This document shows positions 1-12,759 of a DNA stretch of 64,000 nt, in pieces; the first letter of the stretch is position 1; each line of letters opens with the position of its first letter. The notes below the pieces were generated by a model. The model worked only from the letters and a program-made list of their open reading frames with translations, was not told the origin of the DNA and searched no databases. The stretch comes from Trichoplax sp. H2. Lineage: Eukaryota. The stretch spans positions 1 to 64,000 of the forward strand of contig NOWV01000168.1 of assembly GCA_003344405.1 (NCBI GenBank), given 5' to 3'. The translations under genes and the position numbers were made by a program.

Positions 1-872
1 TAATAATCTACCAGTATTCTCAATACATTCTCCATTAAAATATTTCTCCCCACGAATACTACCTACAATATATACAAAATGACTGGTTGCTATTGGAAAG
101 AAATGATTTTTATTTAAGATAGAATGAAACAATATCAACATAATTTTGTTTCTTTAAGGTCGTAAGATAATTTCCATATCGTTTGACAACAACTTATAAT
201 GCTCTATCAACTATAGCAAACCTTCATAGTACATCTCTTATCAATCGCGTACTACAGTACAATACAATTAATATTAGACTAAAAATGCCAATTCATCAGC
301 TAAAATGCTTGACATTTTACATGATAAAGTGAGTTAATGGTACTCTGTACATTTATACATTAGTCATGTTCATGGGAAAATGTCATCAATATACTGTACT
401 CATCTAGTAGTAGTATTATACGACTGACAACAGTAACTAACAGTAGCTGACTGTAATTCATAAAAAAAAAAATAATATCATTTAAATACTAAATTAAGTG
501 TCGGATAAATTCTTTGGAAAGAAATCTTAAACGTGGTACTTTCCATGTGGAAATGATTGATAAACATACCTTTTAGCTAAGGTAAGATTTATAATACACA
601 ACTACCTTTTTAAAAGCGTTGCTCAAGCATAGCATTGTTCATACTAGTCAAACTAAAATCTACCCGGGTATGTCGTCTCTATATTACTGTACATACAAAC
701 TACAGACGAGCATAACCGTAGTCTAGTAAAGCCATAGTGTCCCAATCTTATTACATACATTTAATAAAAGATTACACTATAAGGTAAAACACAGTAGCCC
801 TTTCTAGTAGCTCTATGAAAGGATATGGATACATTCGAAAAGAATAACCACAATCCAATTACTGCATTACAA

Positions 873-3800
873 TTAGCACTTGTACGCGTATGCTGCTCCA
901 GCAACATCGGTACTTTCAATCTCGCATCGTTGCATTGAATTACAACCGTCACAATCGTGTAATATATGATTTCCAGCTACATTAGCGGCAGCACATTTGA
1001 GATTTTCAAATAATACATCCAGTTCTTCTAAATACTCTTTAGTCCATTCAAGAGTATCAGGCTCGTTAAAAACGCTTTTTATCTTCTGTATAACATGGAA
1101 TATAATACGACATTAAATTATTATCATTATCACCAGTCGAAATCTTGACTACAGTAACGTCGACAGAGATTTGACGCCAACATGACACTACAACTCCTTT
1201 ATAACTATATACATAAATAATCCAACAATTTAATACCATAGTGCATGCGTTAATGAGATAGACGCGTCTATCATTAACCAAAAGTAATAATTAATCTCAC
1301 CTTGAATAGATCTCGAATAGCGCTATTGAGTATATCCGATCTAAAAAATAAAAACAGAAAATAATAGTATGAAAGGATAGTTCAATTCCAATACGTGATG
1401 TCACATCCATTCAACGTACACCAATCAATACTAAATTACCAAAGGCATAAAGGATCAAGTAATATGCACAATTCTACTAATGACAACTTTCGCTAGACCA
1501 TAGATATTATATTACTACCACTTTTAAGTAGTAGTTTTTTCTTACTTTGATTCTAACATTCTAATATCCTCTCTGCCACTAGCGATCTTCACCAAATCTT
1601 CAACACTTGAGTTTACATGAAAGCATTAAAAGACAATTTTAACCAAGACAGGGTTGAATAAAACTATAACCATCCGACATAAGATATTTATGCCTTCCTA
1701 TGGCTACAATTATACTGTTCAAATGAAACGCCGGCACCATTTAGCCAGTAGAAAATGCAAAATTTAAAGTTTGTATAGCATCTATGGTAGGCACTAAAAA
1801 ATAGTATAGACCAATAGCTTACCAGCCGTCAACTCTTTTGCACAATCGCACCACGTCTTTAACAAATTCACGCGAACGAAGTTGGATAACATCAGCCATG
1901 ACGGTAGAGACTAACTTCTCAGTTAAATCGTGACATGTCTATATGTAATGATAATAATCAGCAAAGAATCTCAAGTAAATCATATGCTATACTAGTTTTT
2001 TGTCTGCAATAGTAACATATCATGTCCAGCTAGTACCCTACCTTTAAGATTTTCACGCAGATAGGAGTTAAAACCCTGTGTAAATACAACGAAACGAATT
2101 AGTCTATTTTACAGCATCCTTCAATAGAGACTGTATAATTTTGAATGTGTTCTATATTAGTAACAGTCTTATTTTACATCATACGTATACAGTGCTATAG
2201 CAATAAAGTTTAATAACAACATGATTAACTTCAATTCACGTAAAAAGGCAAGAATCTTAACAAAGATTCATTATCTTTACTGATGGCTATATTCAACTGT
2301 ACTGATAGCATTGATTTTTTTCAGTATCATCTTTGTTTAATGTTACATCGCACTAGTAGTAGTAGTAGTAGCCTTAACGCAGTACTGTCCTTGTAATCAA
2401 GCGAATGCAATAGAGTTCAGTTATCTTGCTAATTGCTAATGGTAACATTCAATTCTATTGATATGATCGGCTCTTAAGAGCTATCTTTCTTCACTTTTAT
2501 AATATACTAGCAGCAGCTTTGTTATGTACTAAATATTAGACAAGTTCAATAGCACCATATAGCACAGTCTATTCGTATTCAAGGGCAATATTATCGCAAT
2601 TTCTTATAATAATACAGCAAATACAATAAGACTCATTTATCTTTGCTAATGGTAATCTTCAATTTTACTGATGTCATCGACTTTAACATTCTCTTCGTTC
2701 ACTGTTATACTATATTAGTAGTAGTTTTATTATACAAAAGATATCAGTAATATTCAATAGCACTACCAAAAGGCAATATGATTGCAATTTCTTGTAATAA
2801 AGCAAATGCAATAGCCCTCATTTATCTTTGCTGATCGGCAATACTCCATTCTACAGAGGCCATTGATTTTCTAACATTATCTGTACTTATAACATACTAA
2901 GCTAGCTATAGAATGCACTAGAAACTCTTTACCATTACTTGTCTGAAGCTACTAGTAAAATATAGTATGATTATTCAACAACCATGAAAAATACATCTTC
3001 ATGTAGCTATAGGATTGTAGAGGGATACCTTACAGATGTATACTATAATATAGCTACTAGTACTGTTCGGTAAGAAATGATATGACAATTGGAGTAATTT
3101 TGGAGGAAAGTTTTTTAACGCAAAGTGATATGATTGTCTTTCTACTGCTTTAGTATCTGCTACCATAAACATACCTTGACGTCTCACAGAGGCCGTTATC
3201 ATTTAGTTCATCGTCGTCAAAATCAGGCTGTAAATGATTGAATAAAACACATTATTACTTTGCTAGAAAGTATTTCATTTCATTACTTTCATAGTATTTG
3301 TGTAGTTTAATAATGACTAAGATAACTCGAATAGTTTTCAACCTGCGCAGCAAATTCCAAATGAATATCGATTGTTATTTAAAGTAATTGTAAGACTCTA
3401 GAAATCACGAATAAACATAACACAACCTATAGTAATTGTTGATATGATGCTTGATAAAAGTACAATCATTTTATCGTATATTGCTTTAACGTTACTAGAT
3501 AGCTTTCTATCCAATATTAAAAAACTAAAAAACTGATATTATAGCCATAAGGTAGATATTTGAGAATAAAGTATTATGTAGAGCTACCTATCCGAAAGAG
3601 TAATAAATAGTTACAAAACGTAAACACTCTCAACGAGCGCAGTCATCCTTTCTTGGGAGTGGGTTCGAATGAATATCGATAGTAATTTAATATAGTTTAA
3701 TGACTTTAGTAGAGATCTCTTGTAATATAATCCAACGTAAAGTCTCTACTGCCTGATAAAAGTATCGTTATTTAATTGCTTTATCTTGTGTTCATTAAAA

Positions 3801-5372
3801 TTGCTAGACAGATTACTATGAAACATGAAAAGGCTTGAAATAAAACATGTAGTTGTATAATAGATATTTCAGTCCGAAGAATGATCCATAGTTACATAGC
3901 TCAAAAAAGCTGATTGTAAAATACAGTAAAACCATAATACCTTCCGGAATAGCCTGACTGCAAACGTAACTGATTCCTTCTCAAGTAAACCATATGACAT
4001 ACGACAAGTAAAATTGTATTTATTAGCGCTAAAAACCTTATCGTAATACAAACCTGATAGACATCAACTTGTCGTGAATTGGGTAAAATATGGCTGTTCG
4101 TATCATCACTATTTCGAAAGTAGGAACCAGGAGTAAAATCATCACTGTAAATAGAATACCATTACACCAGTGATAAGTTAGTAAGCGATACTTTAACGTT
4201 TAGCTATTACATAGATAATCTATATCTGTAAAAGTCATGCATCGCATATTGATTACTGTATACTGTATTTGGCCCTTTTTTTTAAGTTGTAGTATTGTAG
4301 GGCTTTACTTGTTCTATTTCAATAGGGATTGGGCTATCTTGTTGTCGCGATGCTATCGCACATACCGCGATCAATTTCAACAACAGATTCATAACGACAT
4401 TGGACGTTTATTTTGGCCTTTTTATATTACGGTTTTCATGAATTACAATTAGCAGAATGGTGTGGTGATAATTTTACTTCTTTACAGCGAGTAAAATGGC
4501 CACTTTTACATGATTACTACTGGGTATTTGTGTATTTATTCAATTTCTTATTAACTTAACGTCAGTAATTAACCCGTTAGCAAATGTTGAATACATATTC
4601 AACAATAGACAACTATCGTAAACTAAGCAAGCACTATTGAGTCTGATCTCTATCAATTTAGTGATAGGTTGTCCTTTTAAGAGTAAACGAGTGCATGACT
4701 CAACCCATCAAGTGTTCATCTATCCAGCCAGTTTGCAATGTTCTATTTTGATTCCTTCGCTGGCGTATTTTAAAATACGTCTTGATCTATTAGTAGACTA
4801 CCTTGGTGGAACAGTCAGTGGAGAGTTGATTGATGAATTGATGTAAAAGGGGTCATCTAGACTAGACACATGCTTTAGCGAAAAGAAATTGGCTAGTATC
4901 ACCATGCAAGTTTCCTTCCAATCCGCTACCTTCACTAGCTCGATCACTCTACTATTGAAATCGATATACAGGAATAGTACAACAAGAAGCCCTAAATCCC
5001 TATTGCCTAAGCATGCAAGCACTGACAAAAAAAAAACCCAAAAACTCTCTACTACGTGATCGATTCAACCCGATCGAAAACAATAACAATAAAGCTGTTC
5101 AAGAAGACGTTGAGTACTTGAAGCGAGATTAGAGTCGTTGGAAACGATTCCCTTGACCTATTTCAATTTCTTTCTCTTACTCTAAACTAAGCTGATGGCT
5201 ATTGATTTGTTGACATCATTGAAATGGAGATGTATTACCTTAGTTTTAAGTTCTCCGTTAAATCGACCTTTCGGCAATATCGATGTCGACATACTGCAAC
5301 AAGCGCGATCGCGGCCACCACAAACAGGAGAGAAAGTAAAACGATCGGAATGGCGATCAAAGTATCAATCAT
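873..5372 (-). CDS. TMEM98: Transmembrane protein 98 homolog, about 9 exons
   Basis: Phase-consistent GT-AG exons: 5372-5239, 4861-4802, 4144-4054, 3227-3175, 2075-2042, 1938-1823, 1605-1546, 1340-1301, 1085-873. N-terminal TM MIDTLIAIPIVLLSLLFVVAAIALVAVCRHRYCRK and ILKTCHDLTEKLV...KRVDGCVEDLVK resemble vertebrate TMEM98 (LVLVCRQRYCR; ILKICHTLTEKLV). Exon 2 and a possible extra exon near 3940-3975 are less certain. Confidence 0.85.
2240..2900. repeat. Degenerate intronic tandem repeat, about 4 units of about 150-210 bp
   Basis: Recurrent motif related to TTATCTTTGCT(A/G)ATGG...TTCAATT.TACTGAT near 2270, 2420, 2635 and 2820. Confidence 0.55.
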
Positions 5373-5788
5373 CGTTCTATTGCATGAGCACCGTATGTGT
5401 GCAACCTCTCTCTATGAATCAAAAGCAAATTTAGCAAGCTGTTTTTCCTGTCCTTGAAACAAATCGTTGACTTTAACCAAGAAGACTCAGAACGCGTTGC
5501 AAAAGCCGCTGAGTAATGCCGATTGATTTTCCTCTTATTAATTTATTTACGGCACAGTACAGTCCTGGATTATTTTGGGGGGATTTTTTTTTCCTCTGTC
5601 TGGTGTCCGTCCGCATGGATGTCTGTAGACGGTACGCCTGGCGTCCGATTCGAGCAAGCTGGCTGTCAACAGTACCGAGTGTACCGTTTCAGTCTGCTGA
5701 TACACTAAAATGACCAGGAAAAAACAGTCGGCATGACATTTTGGCGGAGCGTCGTCATCCTCTCTTGCGTGGACCTGGAGCAGATGCT

Positions 5789-6580
5789 AAATTCGGATTT
5801 CCAGTAGCTCTTGTCTGGACTATCATCGTAGTCCTCAATAATGTCTTCCTCTCTCTTTGGTTATGGAGTTGTTATGGACCAACGACTGCTCGAAATTCGG
5901 ATTTCCAGTAGCTCTTGTCTGGACTAACTATCATCGTAGTCCTCAATAATGTCGTCCTCTCTCTTTGGTTATGGAGTTGTTATGGACCAACGACTGCTCG
6001 AAATTCGGATTTCCAGTAGCTCTTGTCTGGATTAACTATCACCGTAGTCCTCAATAATGTCGTCCTCTCTCTTTGGTTATGGAGTTGTTATGGACCAACG
6101 ACTGCTCGAAATTCGGATTTCCAGTAGCTCTTGTGTGGACTAACTATCATCGTAGTCCTCAATAATGTCGTCCTCTCTCTTTGGATATTGAGTAGTTGGG
6201 GTTAGGGTCATAGACCAACGACTACTTGAAATACGGGTTTCGAGTAGCCCTTGCATGGACTAACTATCATCGTAGTCCTCAACAATGTCGTCCTCTCTCT
6301 TTGGTTATGGAGCTATTATGGACCAACGACTGCTCGAAATTCGGATTTCCAGTAGCCCTTGTGTGGACTAACTATCATTGTAGTCCTCAATAATGTCGTC
6401 CTCTCTCTTTGGATACGGAGTAGTTATGGACCAACGACTGCTCGAAATTCAGATTTCGAGCAGCCCTTGTGTGGACTAACTATCATCGTAGTCCTCAATA
6501 ATGTCGTCCTCTCTCTTTGGATATGGAGTAGTTATGGAACAACGACTGCTCGAAATTCGGGTTTCGAGTAGCCCTTGCAT
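5789..6580. repeat. Minisatellite, about 7.3 copies of a 108-bp unit
   Basis: Unit AAATTCGGATTTCCAGTAGCTCTTG...TATCATCGTAGTCCTCAATAATGTCGTCCTCTCTCTTTGG...GGACCAACGACTGCTCG starts near 5789, 5893, 6001, 6108, 6229, 6337, 6445 and 6553. Confidence 0.95.
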
Positions 6581-8758
6581 CTCATTTTAGCGGAGCTCAG
6601 CAGTTTCCCGTCGTCCTTGCTTTTGTACCAACATGGACCTTGAGTAGCAAATGCATTGCATTGTCGGCAAATATGGCAATCCGAATCCAACCTGGCCCGA
6701 TCTAAATATGGATCCATTAGTATCCTAGTACGGTAGTGCTAAATAACATCATCTCCGCTACAAGCACAGATTAGTAAAATGAAAGAAACAGGACTGCTAA
6801 CGGTTGCTGATGATACTCATAGTGTGCAGGCTGATTATTTTATTGGCCATTTCAACTGAATCGTATACCCTGTAATAACGGCACACTCTATTGTCCGTGA
6901 TTGATATCCAAATTAGCTGCTAGGTTGTTGATTTTATGCAGCATGTAGTACGGTTTCGTTGATACCGTATAATAGTAGAATAAGCGGAAAAAGGATAAAT
7001 CTTTGCATTCTTTTGCACTGACGGCCGTTGCAAGTCCCATTTCTTTCGTTCTGCTACAGGTTACGGCACCAGTCAGATGTAGGATCTAAATCTGCCGTCG
7101 ATTGCAGTTCCGGTGCTAAATCCTCAATTATTGAGGTCTCCATTGGGTAAAGTAGATAGCTGTAAAAACAACCTCTGTACTACTAATAATAAAGCATTTA
7201 CATCATGAGAACGTTTACTTTGACGTATTTTAAACTGAAAGCAGATGATATCGACTTGAGCAATGTCGTACAGCTTATTCTCAATATAGTAGAATGGATA
7301 CGCACCTATGCCAATGCCCTAGATCGGCGAGCATTATTGCGTATTCTTTTTTTCTATTTTACGGAAGTTGCCACAACTTCTATTGCTTGACTACTCTATC
7401 TAATTATATATTGCATGATATCTTTTCCTTCTCCGAGTATGACAACTTGGTATACAGTTTTTGCAATTTTGGAGAACAGATGCGGCCAATCAGATTACTA
7501 TCCAACTGAAATTACTCATAAATGACCATCTACAGCTGTAGTACTGCATAAATGGCTCTGTAATAAATTTAATATCATGACATCGCTAAAGTACGTCACA
7601 AGAAACAGTATGGGTCCTTGGTGAAATGATGCTAATGGCGATAGGTATCTTGATTTAACATACGCCGGCATAATAATATCAATAAATACGCGTACAGTAA
7701 TATTTATGTTGTCGTGTAGATCGTCTTATGGCGACCACTGTTGAAGGTTAATTACACACTACACCATAATATATCAATGTAATGGAACAGATTTTAATTT
7801 GATACTGTTCTGCTGGAAATATCTTATAAAGCAATCATACTGTCCGTCATTAAAAACTGCCTGACTGCGCCCTCGCTTAAGAAAAGAAATAACCAATGTT
7901 CAAATTTTATCCATCGATTGCGATCACGGCAATACCCATTCTCTCTCTATCTATAATAACGTATCATTGAATAGTCAATCCAAACAAGATACAGTAGCCT
8001 ACAACATTGTTCATACGCTTTGGTCTTTAATATAATCGCTACTCTATGTAAAAAAATAGCTATATCGAATAAAAAAGTCAAAACAATAAAAAAATCGAGA
8101 TTTCTGTACTGATGAGCATAATCAAAGTAAAAGTAAGATATGTCATCGCTAGTCAAATTTGAGTTTCGTTTAAACGTTCTACACATGGTTAATGCCCATT
8201 AGAATAATAAAAAAGTATAGCATATCCTATAACTAATATAATTAATTCCTCAATCTTAGCTAAGACTATACAATGTACAGTTTATAACACTAATGAGTGT
8301 AACGCAACATGAGCTACAGATGGTTACAGTATCAAAGTATTTAAAAGATTGCATTCATGCTCAAAATATGTAAACAACCTTAATTCTAAATAAGCGTAAT
8401 GTCGAATCGATAAGCAATTTCAACAAAGACATGTTCAAAGAAACTAGAATAGATTTTCTACGAAATATTGTGGAAGACATTATGATCGCAGCGTTGTACA
8501 GTATATTGATAGGCCAGCTGAAGGTCGTCGAATTATGGTAATTGTATTAATCTCTTTCCACACTAATTCTGCAAGCGTTGAAGAACAACATGTAAAAAAG
8601 CTGTAAATAATAAAGTAGAGAATCAAATTTACAACTCCTAAAGCCTATGCTGTCTAAATTTTAATATTCATTACTACTGCTAGCACAATAAATCAATCCT
8701 TTGACCAAGGTGAAAAGTGTTGAAATGCAATCTTCAACAACGGTGGCTCCAGTAACCC

Positions 8759-11235
8759 TTAGAAAACTCCAGGATTATACGTGGGTGGTTTCGGTGGTGA
8801 TGATTTGAATGAACGATTAACAAGTAAATATCCTGCCAAAAAGCCTACAATGATAACCAGGATAGCCATGGTATTTCCCATTCTCGGTGCTAATCCAATG
8901 TCAGAATAGTTTTGACTACAAAGATTAAATCAACAACATTACACGTGTTAATTGTCATCCAAGCGATTTTCTTCCATTTTTCCATTTTCTATCATTAATA
9001 TCAACATCTACAAAACCTACACTATACATTGTTCGTTGTAAATACTAATGTTAATGACGTCGGGAGACATTATTATCAACACCAATATAACAAATTGAAA
9101 ATCTGAAATTATCAGCTGACTTACTAAAATAGCACTAAATGGTCAAAAGCACCAGTTGAAACGGAAACCAATGAAGTTAAATAAGCCGCGGCGCCAAAGA
9201 AGCGATGGAAAGGTAAGAATTGTTTGCGTTTAGCTTGGGATACCATTGATTCCGGCAGCAGGAAATAAATAACGCCAAAGACATACTGAATCATGCAAAT
9301 ACAAGTATTTAAAGATAGTATGCTAAAAAAAGGAAGTGCAAGTACAATATCGCGATGCTGTTTTACAGACAAAGCGAGTACTATCTACACGACGCTTAAA
9401 TTGTGCTTCTACATTATGATAATTGTCGAGACATCAGTTGTGCAAACTCATAGGAAAGCCAGTACTGCATCAATAGTGCAGCGGGCATACACATATTTGC
9501 AAATCCGGGATATTTTTCAATTTTATCTTGGCATGACAAATTTGCAGCACCGTATCAATACGTCAGCACTGACTTTTCTGCATGCAAAGCAGTTATTGAC
9601 AGTGTCCCTAGCATACAGTAAATTCCAGCTAGAATAGGTCTTGTCCTTAATACCATAAGCACTAGCGATGACGATATTTCCCCAAGCTGTGCATATAAGT
9701 ATAGTATGTACAGTACAAGCGTAAAATAGCTATTTGTGTTGTTGCATAACTTTGAAAGGCATCTTGAATTAGGATGAGTAATAATCCAGCTGGTCAAAAA
9801 CATATTATACAGGTACAGTAGATGCATTTTCTTGATGATTCACTCTAGTACGAGATCATAAATTGAATTTAAACTAATGTACTACAATCAATAAATACCT
9901 GCACAAGATAGCAAGCCAAGACCAACAGGCCTATCCAACTATGAGTTGTAAAAAAATTGGCAAGAGGCTTCTTTCGGTCATTCTTGAAGGAAATCACCGC
10001 TACTAGAGCGACTATTGAAAACACTAACGTCAAGGTATGTAAAAGTACGTGACCATATTTGACCCATTTCCTCTCCATATTGCGAAACATACGAAATATA
10101 AGTACCGCTAAATTCAAAATACAACAAGAGAATTTCATGACCATACTAGGAGTAGAAAAAATTCTGATAAATAACTATGTTGGGCATCATACAGTAACAT
10201 ACTACCTGAGTAATTCAAATTAGCAAAGTCATGCTTTTCATTAATTGATAGTGTGATGAGGTAACGATTAGAGTATCAGACATGACACCTGCAAGGCTGT
10301 CAACTCTGCAAAAAGTAGGTCGAAAAGCCATTGAAATGAAAATGTTCCATTGCAGAGTCGATAGTTTGCATTTGCAGGTAGCAGGCCTAACGTTCTGATC
10401 ATTGAAATACCAATTTGGAATGAGTCTACCCTATAATACATCTGTATTTATTAGACTAGCTATCGACACCTCCGATAATAATAATATTAATCTACTGTAC
10501 TGTAGACTGTCCGTTCTTGCAGGCATCAAGTCTAATGCTCTTGTTATTAGGCTTTGGACACAGCCAACGGTAAGCATGACTTTAGTCGATTTTGTATCAA
10601 TCCACCTGTTGGCACATGCATCCAATTTGAAGTCTTGGTCATTGGATTGATTAACGATACATGCAATTCAAATGTTTCGATCATTGGACCATGATAATAG
10701 CAACTTGAAATCATAATCTTAGCTCATTTCAAACAATCCACCGTCTAATCGATGTGTCTTGATGGGCTTTCTACTCATCGACACATTGATCTCTGTGCTG
10801 AATGATATGGACTACTAAAAGTTCCACGGGGAACAGTTAGTAGTCCATGGATAAACAATAGAAATCGACTTGGTTATCAAACAATTAGCTAGCCAACTAG
10901 CTACAGTAGTTCATTTCAATTGCATGCATCAACTAGAAATCCACTGGAATATACTTGCCTTCAGTGGACAGGAACAGGTATCCCATCGTCATAAATAAGG
11001 GATGGAATTTGGATCGGCTTGTCAGGTTATGCCATTCAAAACCAGGGTGTGAGAAATAACTACTCATCCATACACCAAGAATGATCATAATGGTGATGAG
11101 AAGGCATTGAATGATTGTGAATGTGATCTTAAATGACCTCGATTGAGGAGCTTGACCACGAATATCAATATCATTATTATTATTATAACCAGATCCTTCC
11201 TGGATCGGTGTGCGATCATCGAAATCTTTCTCCAT
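8759..11235 (-). CDS. Cytochrome b561 family transmembrane ascorbate-dependent reductase (paralog A), 4 exons
   Basis: Exons 11235-10959, 10107-9899, 9285-9125, 8915-8759. Heme-ligand motifs FHPLFM, KYGHVLLH, FFTTHSWIG and PFHRFFG. Intron 1 is GC-AG. Confidence 0.92.
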
Positions 11236-12269
11236 CGCAAGCGGCAGCAATAATCTCTATCGTGGTGGAGGTTGGGCTCAGCGGTGCAACCCTCCAGACT
11301 AATAACAGACTTATATCACAGTTAGCAGGTCCAAAGGCGAAGAATTGGGGAGGTCCGACGTCAGTAGTATATCACTCTCAAGTCTCGAGACAGTCAGCAG
11401 GCCCCAGGGGTCACTATCACCATGACGATGCAAAAGTTGAATTTTTGTTGGGTACATTGTGTACTAGAATATACAAGAGTAGAAATGGCCGAGGGTATTG
11501 ACAGATTGCATCGCTCTCTTTCAGTGATCATTTGACGTTAAGGATTGAAAATTGCATATCACCTAGCTCATTTTCATCGGAATTAATACCCATACTCAGT
11601 GTAGGATTATGCAAGCATGATGAGAGGAATATCCATAAAAATAGTCATCCAATTGGTTTGTCAATATCAAGTAGTGAATATCCAATGAGCGAACAGTTGA
11701 ATGGCATTGATGCGTTGATGTAATACTGTACTATCGAGCATACCAAGACTCTCATGCCTTCGATATTGTCCTGATTACAGTTGTAAGCTTTAAAGCATCA
11801 TCCCCTCGCCTATCTGGCGTATTCCTACTCCTCCTCTATCCTCCCGTTATCGTCCTTATTGCAGTCGTAAGCTTTATCCTGAACTCCCAAAATATCACCC
11901 CCTCACCTATCTGGCATATTCCTACTTGTACATCCTGTTCTCCATTATCTGTTTTGTTGGTATTCCATGGTAGACACCTATTGTGATCATCATAGCACTG
12001 TGTACCGTAGTAACAATTGCCATGGCATCGTCCTTGTACAAATCCTACCACTTGAAACCATCACCCTTCCTTTTTCCCCCCTCATTAACCTCCAATCTCT
12101 CGCCTCAAAAATACCGAAAAATGGATGCAATTTGGCACCATTTTAGGGCTTCTTGGTGGTCACTTTATTGTTGCTCATCACCCCAGGAATGGCCAGTGCA
12201 CTTTTCCGTAGAATCACATGATCGTCACGCTGTTGATACTTTTTCTTGAAAGGCATCAAACCGGCGAAA

Positions 12270-12678
12270 GTGTGCAAAAATAATGTCAGCAGTCGATCTG
12301 TGTGTCCTATGGCTTCCAGTAGGAAATGATCGCTACAATGGTGACATCATTTTAGGTACATTTAGCGTATACTGAGTGGCAGTACAATACCATCGTTGTG
12401 TCAATAATACAATACATGTACTGTACACGTAAACCATTGACTAGCAAATCCTTTTAACCAGCTAAACTGTGCAAAAATAATGTCAGTACTCGATCTGTGT
12501 CCTATGGCTTCCAGTAGGAAATGATCGCCACAAAGGTGACATCATTTTAGGTTTCGACTCCACTTTCCTAGACTGTATACTTAGCGTATACTGAGTGACA
12601 GTACAACACCATCATTGTGTAAATAGCTCAATACAAGCACAGTAGACTCCAACCTTTGACCAGCAAATCCTTTTAAAT
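12270..12678. repeat. Direct duplication of about 190-210 bp immediately upstream of b561 paralog B
   Basis: TGTGCAAAAATAATGTCAG...CCTATGGCTTCCAGTAGGAAATGATCGC...GGTGACATCATTTTAGG...AGCAAATCCTTTTAA occurs at about 12270-12457 and about 12468-12677. Confidence 0.85.
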
Positions 12679-12759
12679 TGGAATCTCTGCCAGTTCTCCT
12701 TTTTGTGGAGAGTTGACATTCAGTTTGTTGAGTAAAAGGTCGCCAAATTACCAATTAAT

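Noticed and set aside
3020-3060. Possible TMEM98 exon ending in a U12-like donor GTATCCCT
   Set aside because: Including it shifts the frame away from the conserved VLTPICVKILK-TCHDLTEKL reading. Direct splicing from 3175 to 2075 fits.
4237-4452. Hydrophobic plus-strand ORF as a small membrane protein
   Set aside because: It lies antisense within a TMEM98 intron, has no recognisable homology, and AT-rich DNA yields such ORFs by chance.
5789-6580. CRISPR-like array or coding repeat (ORF 6359-6571)
   Set aside because: Whole units repeat with no unique spacers, the context is eukaryotic, and stops interrupt the frames in most units.
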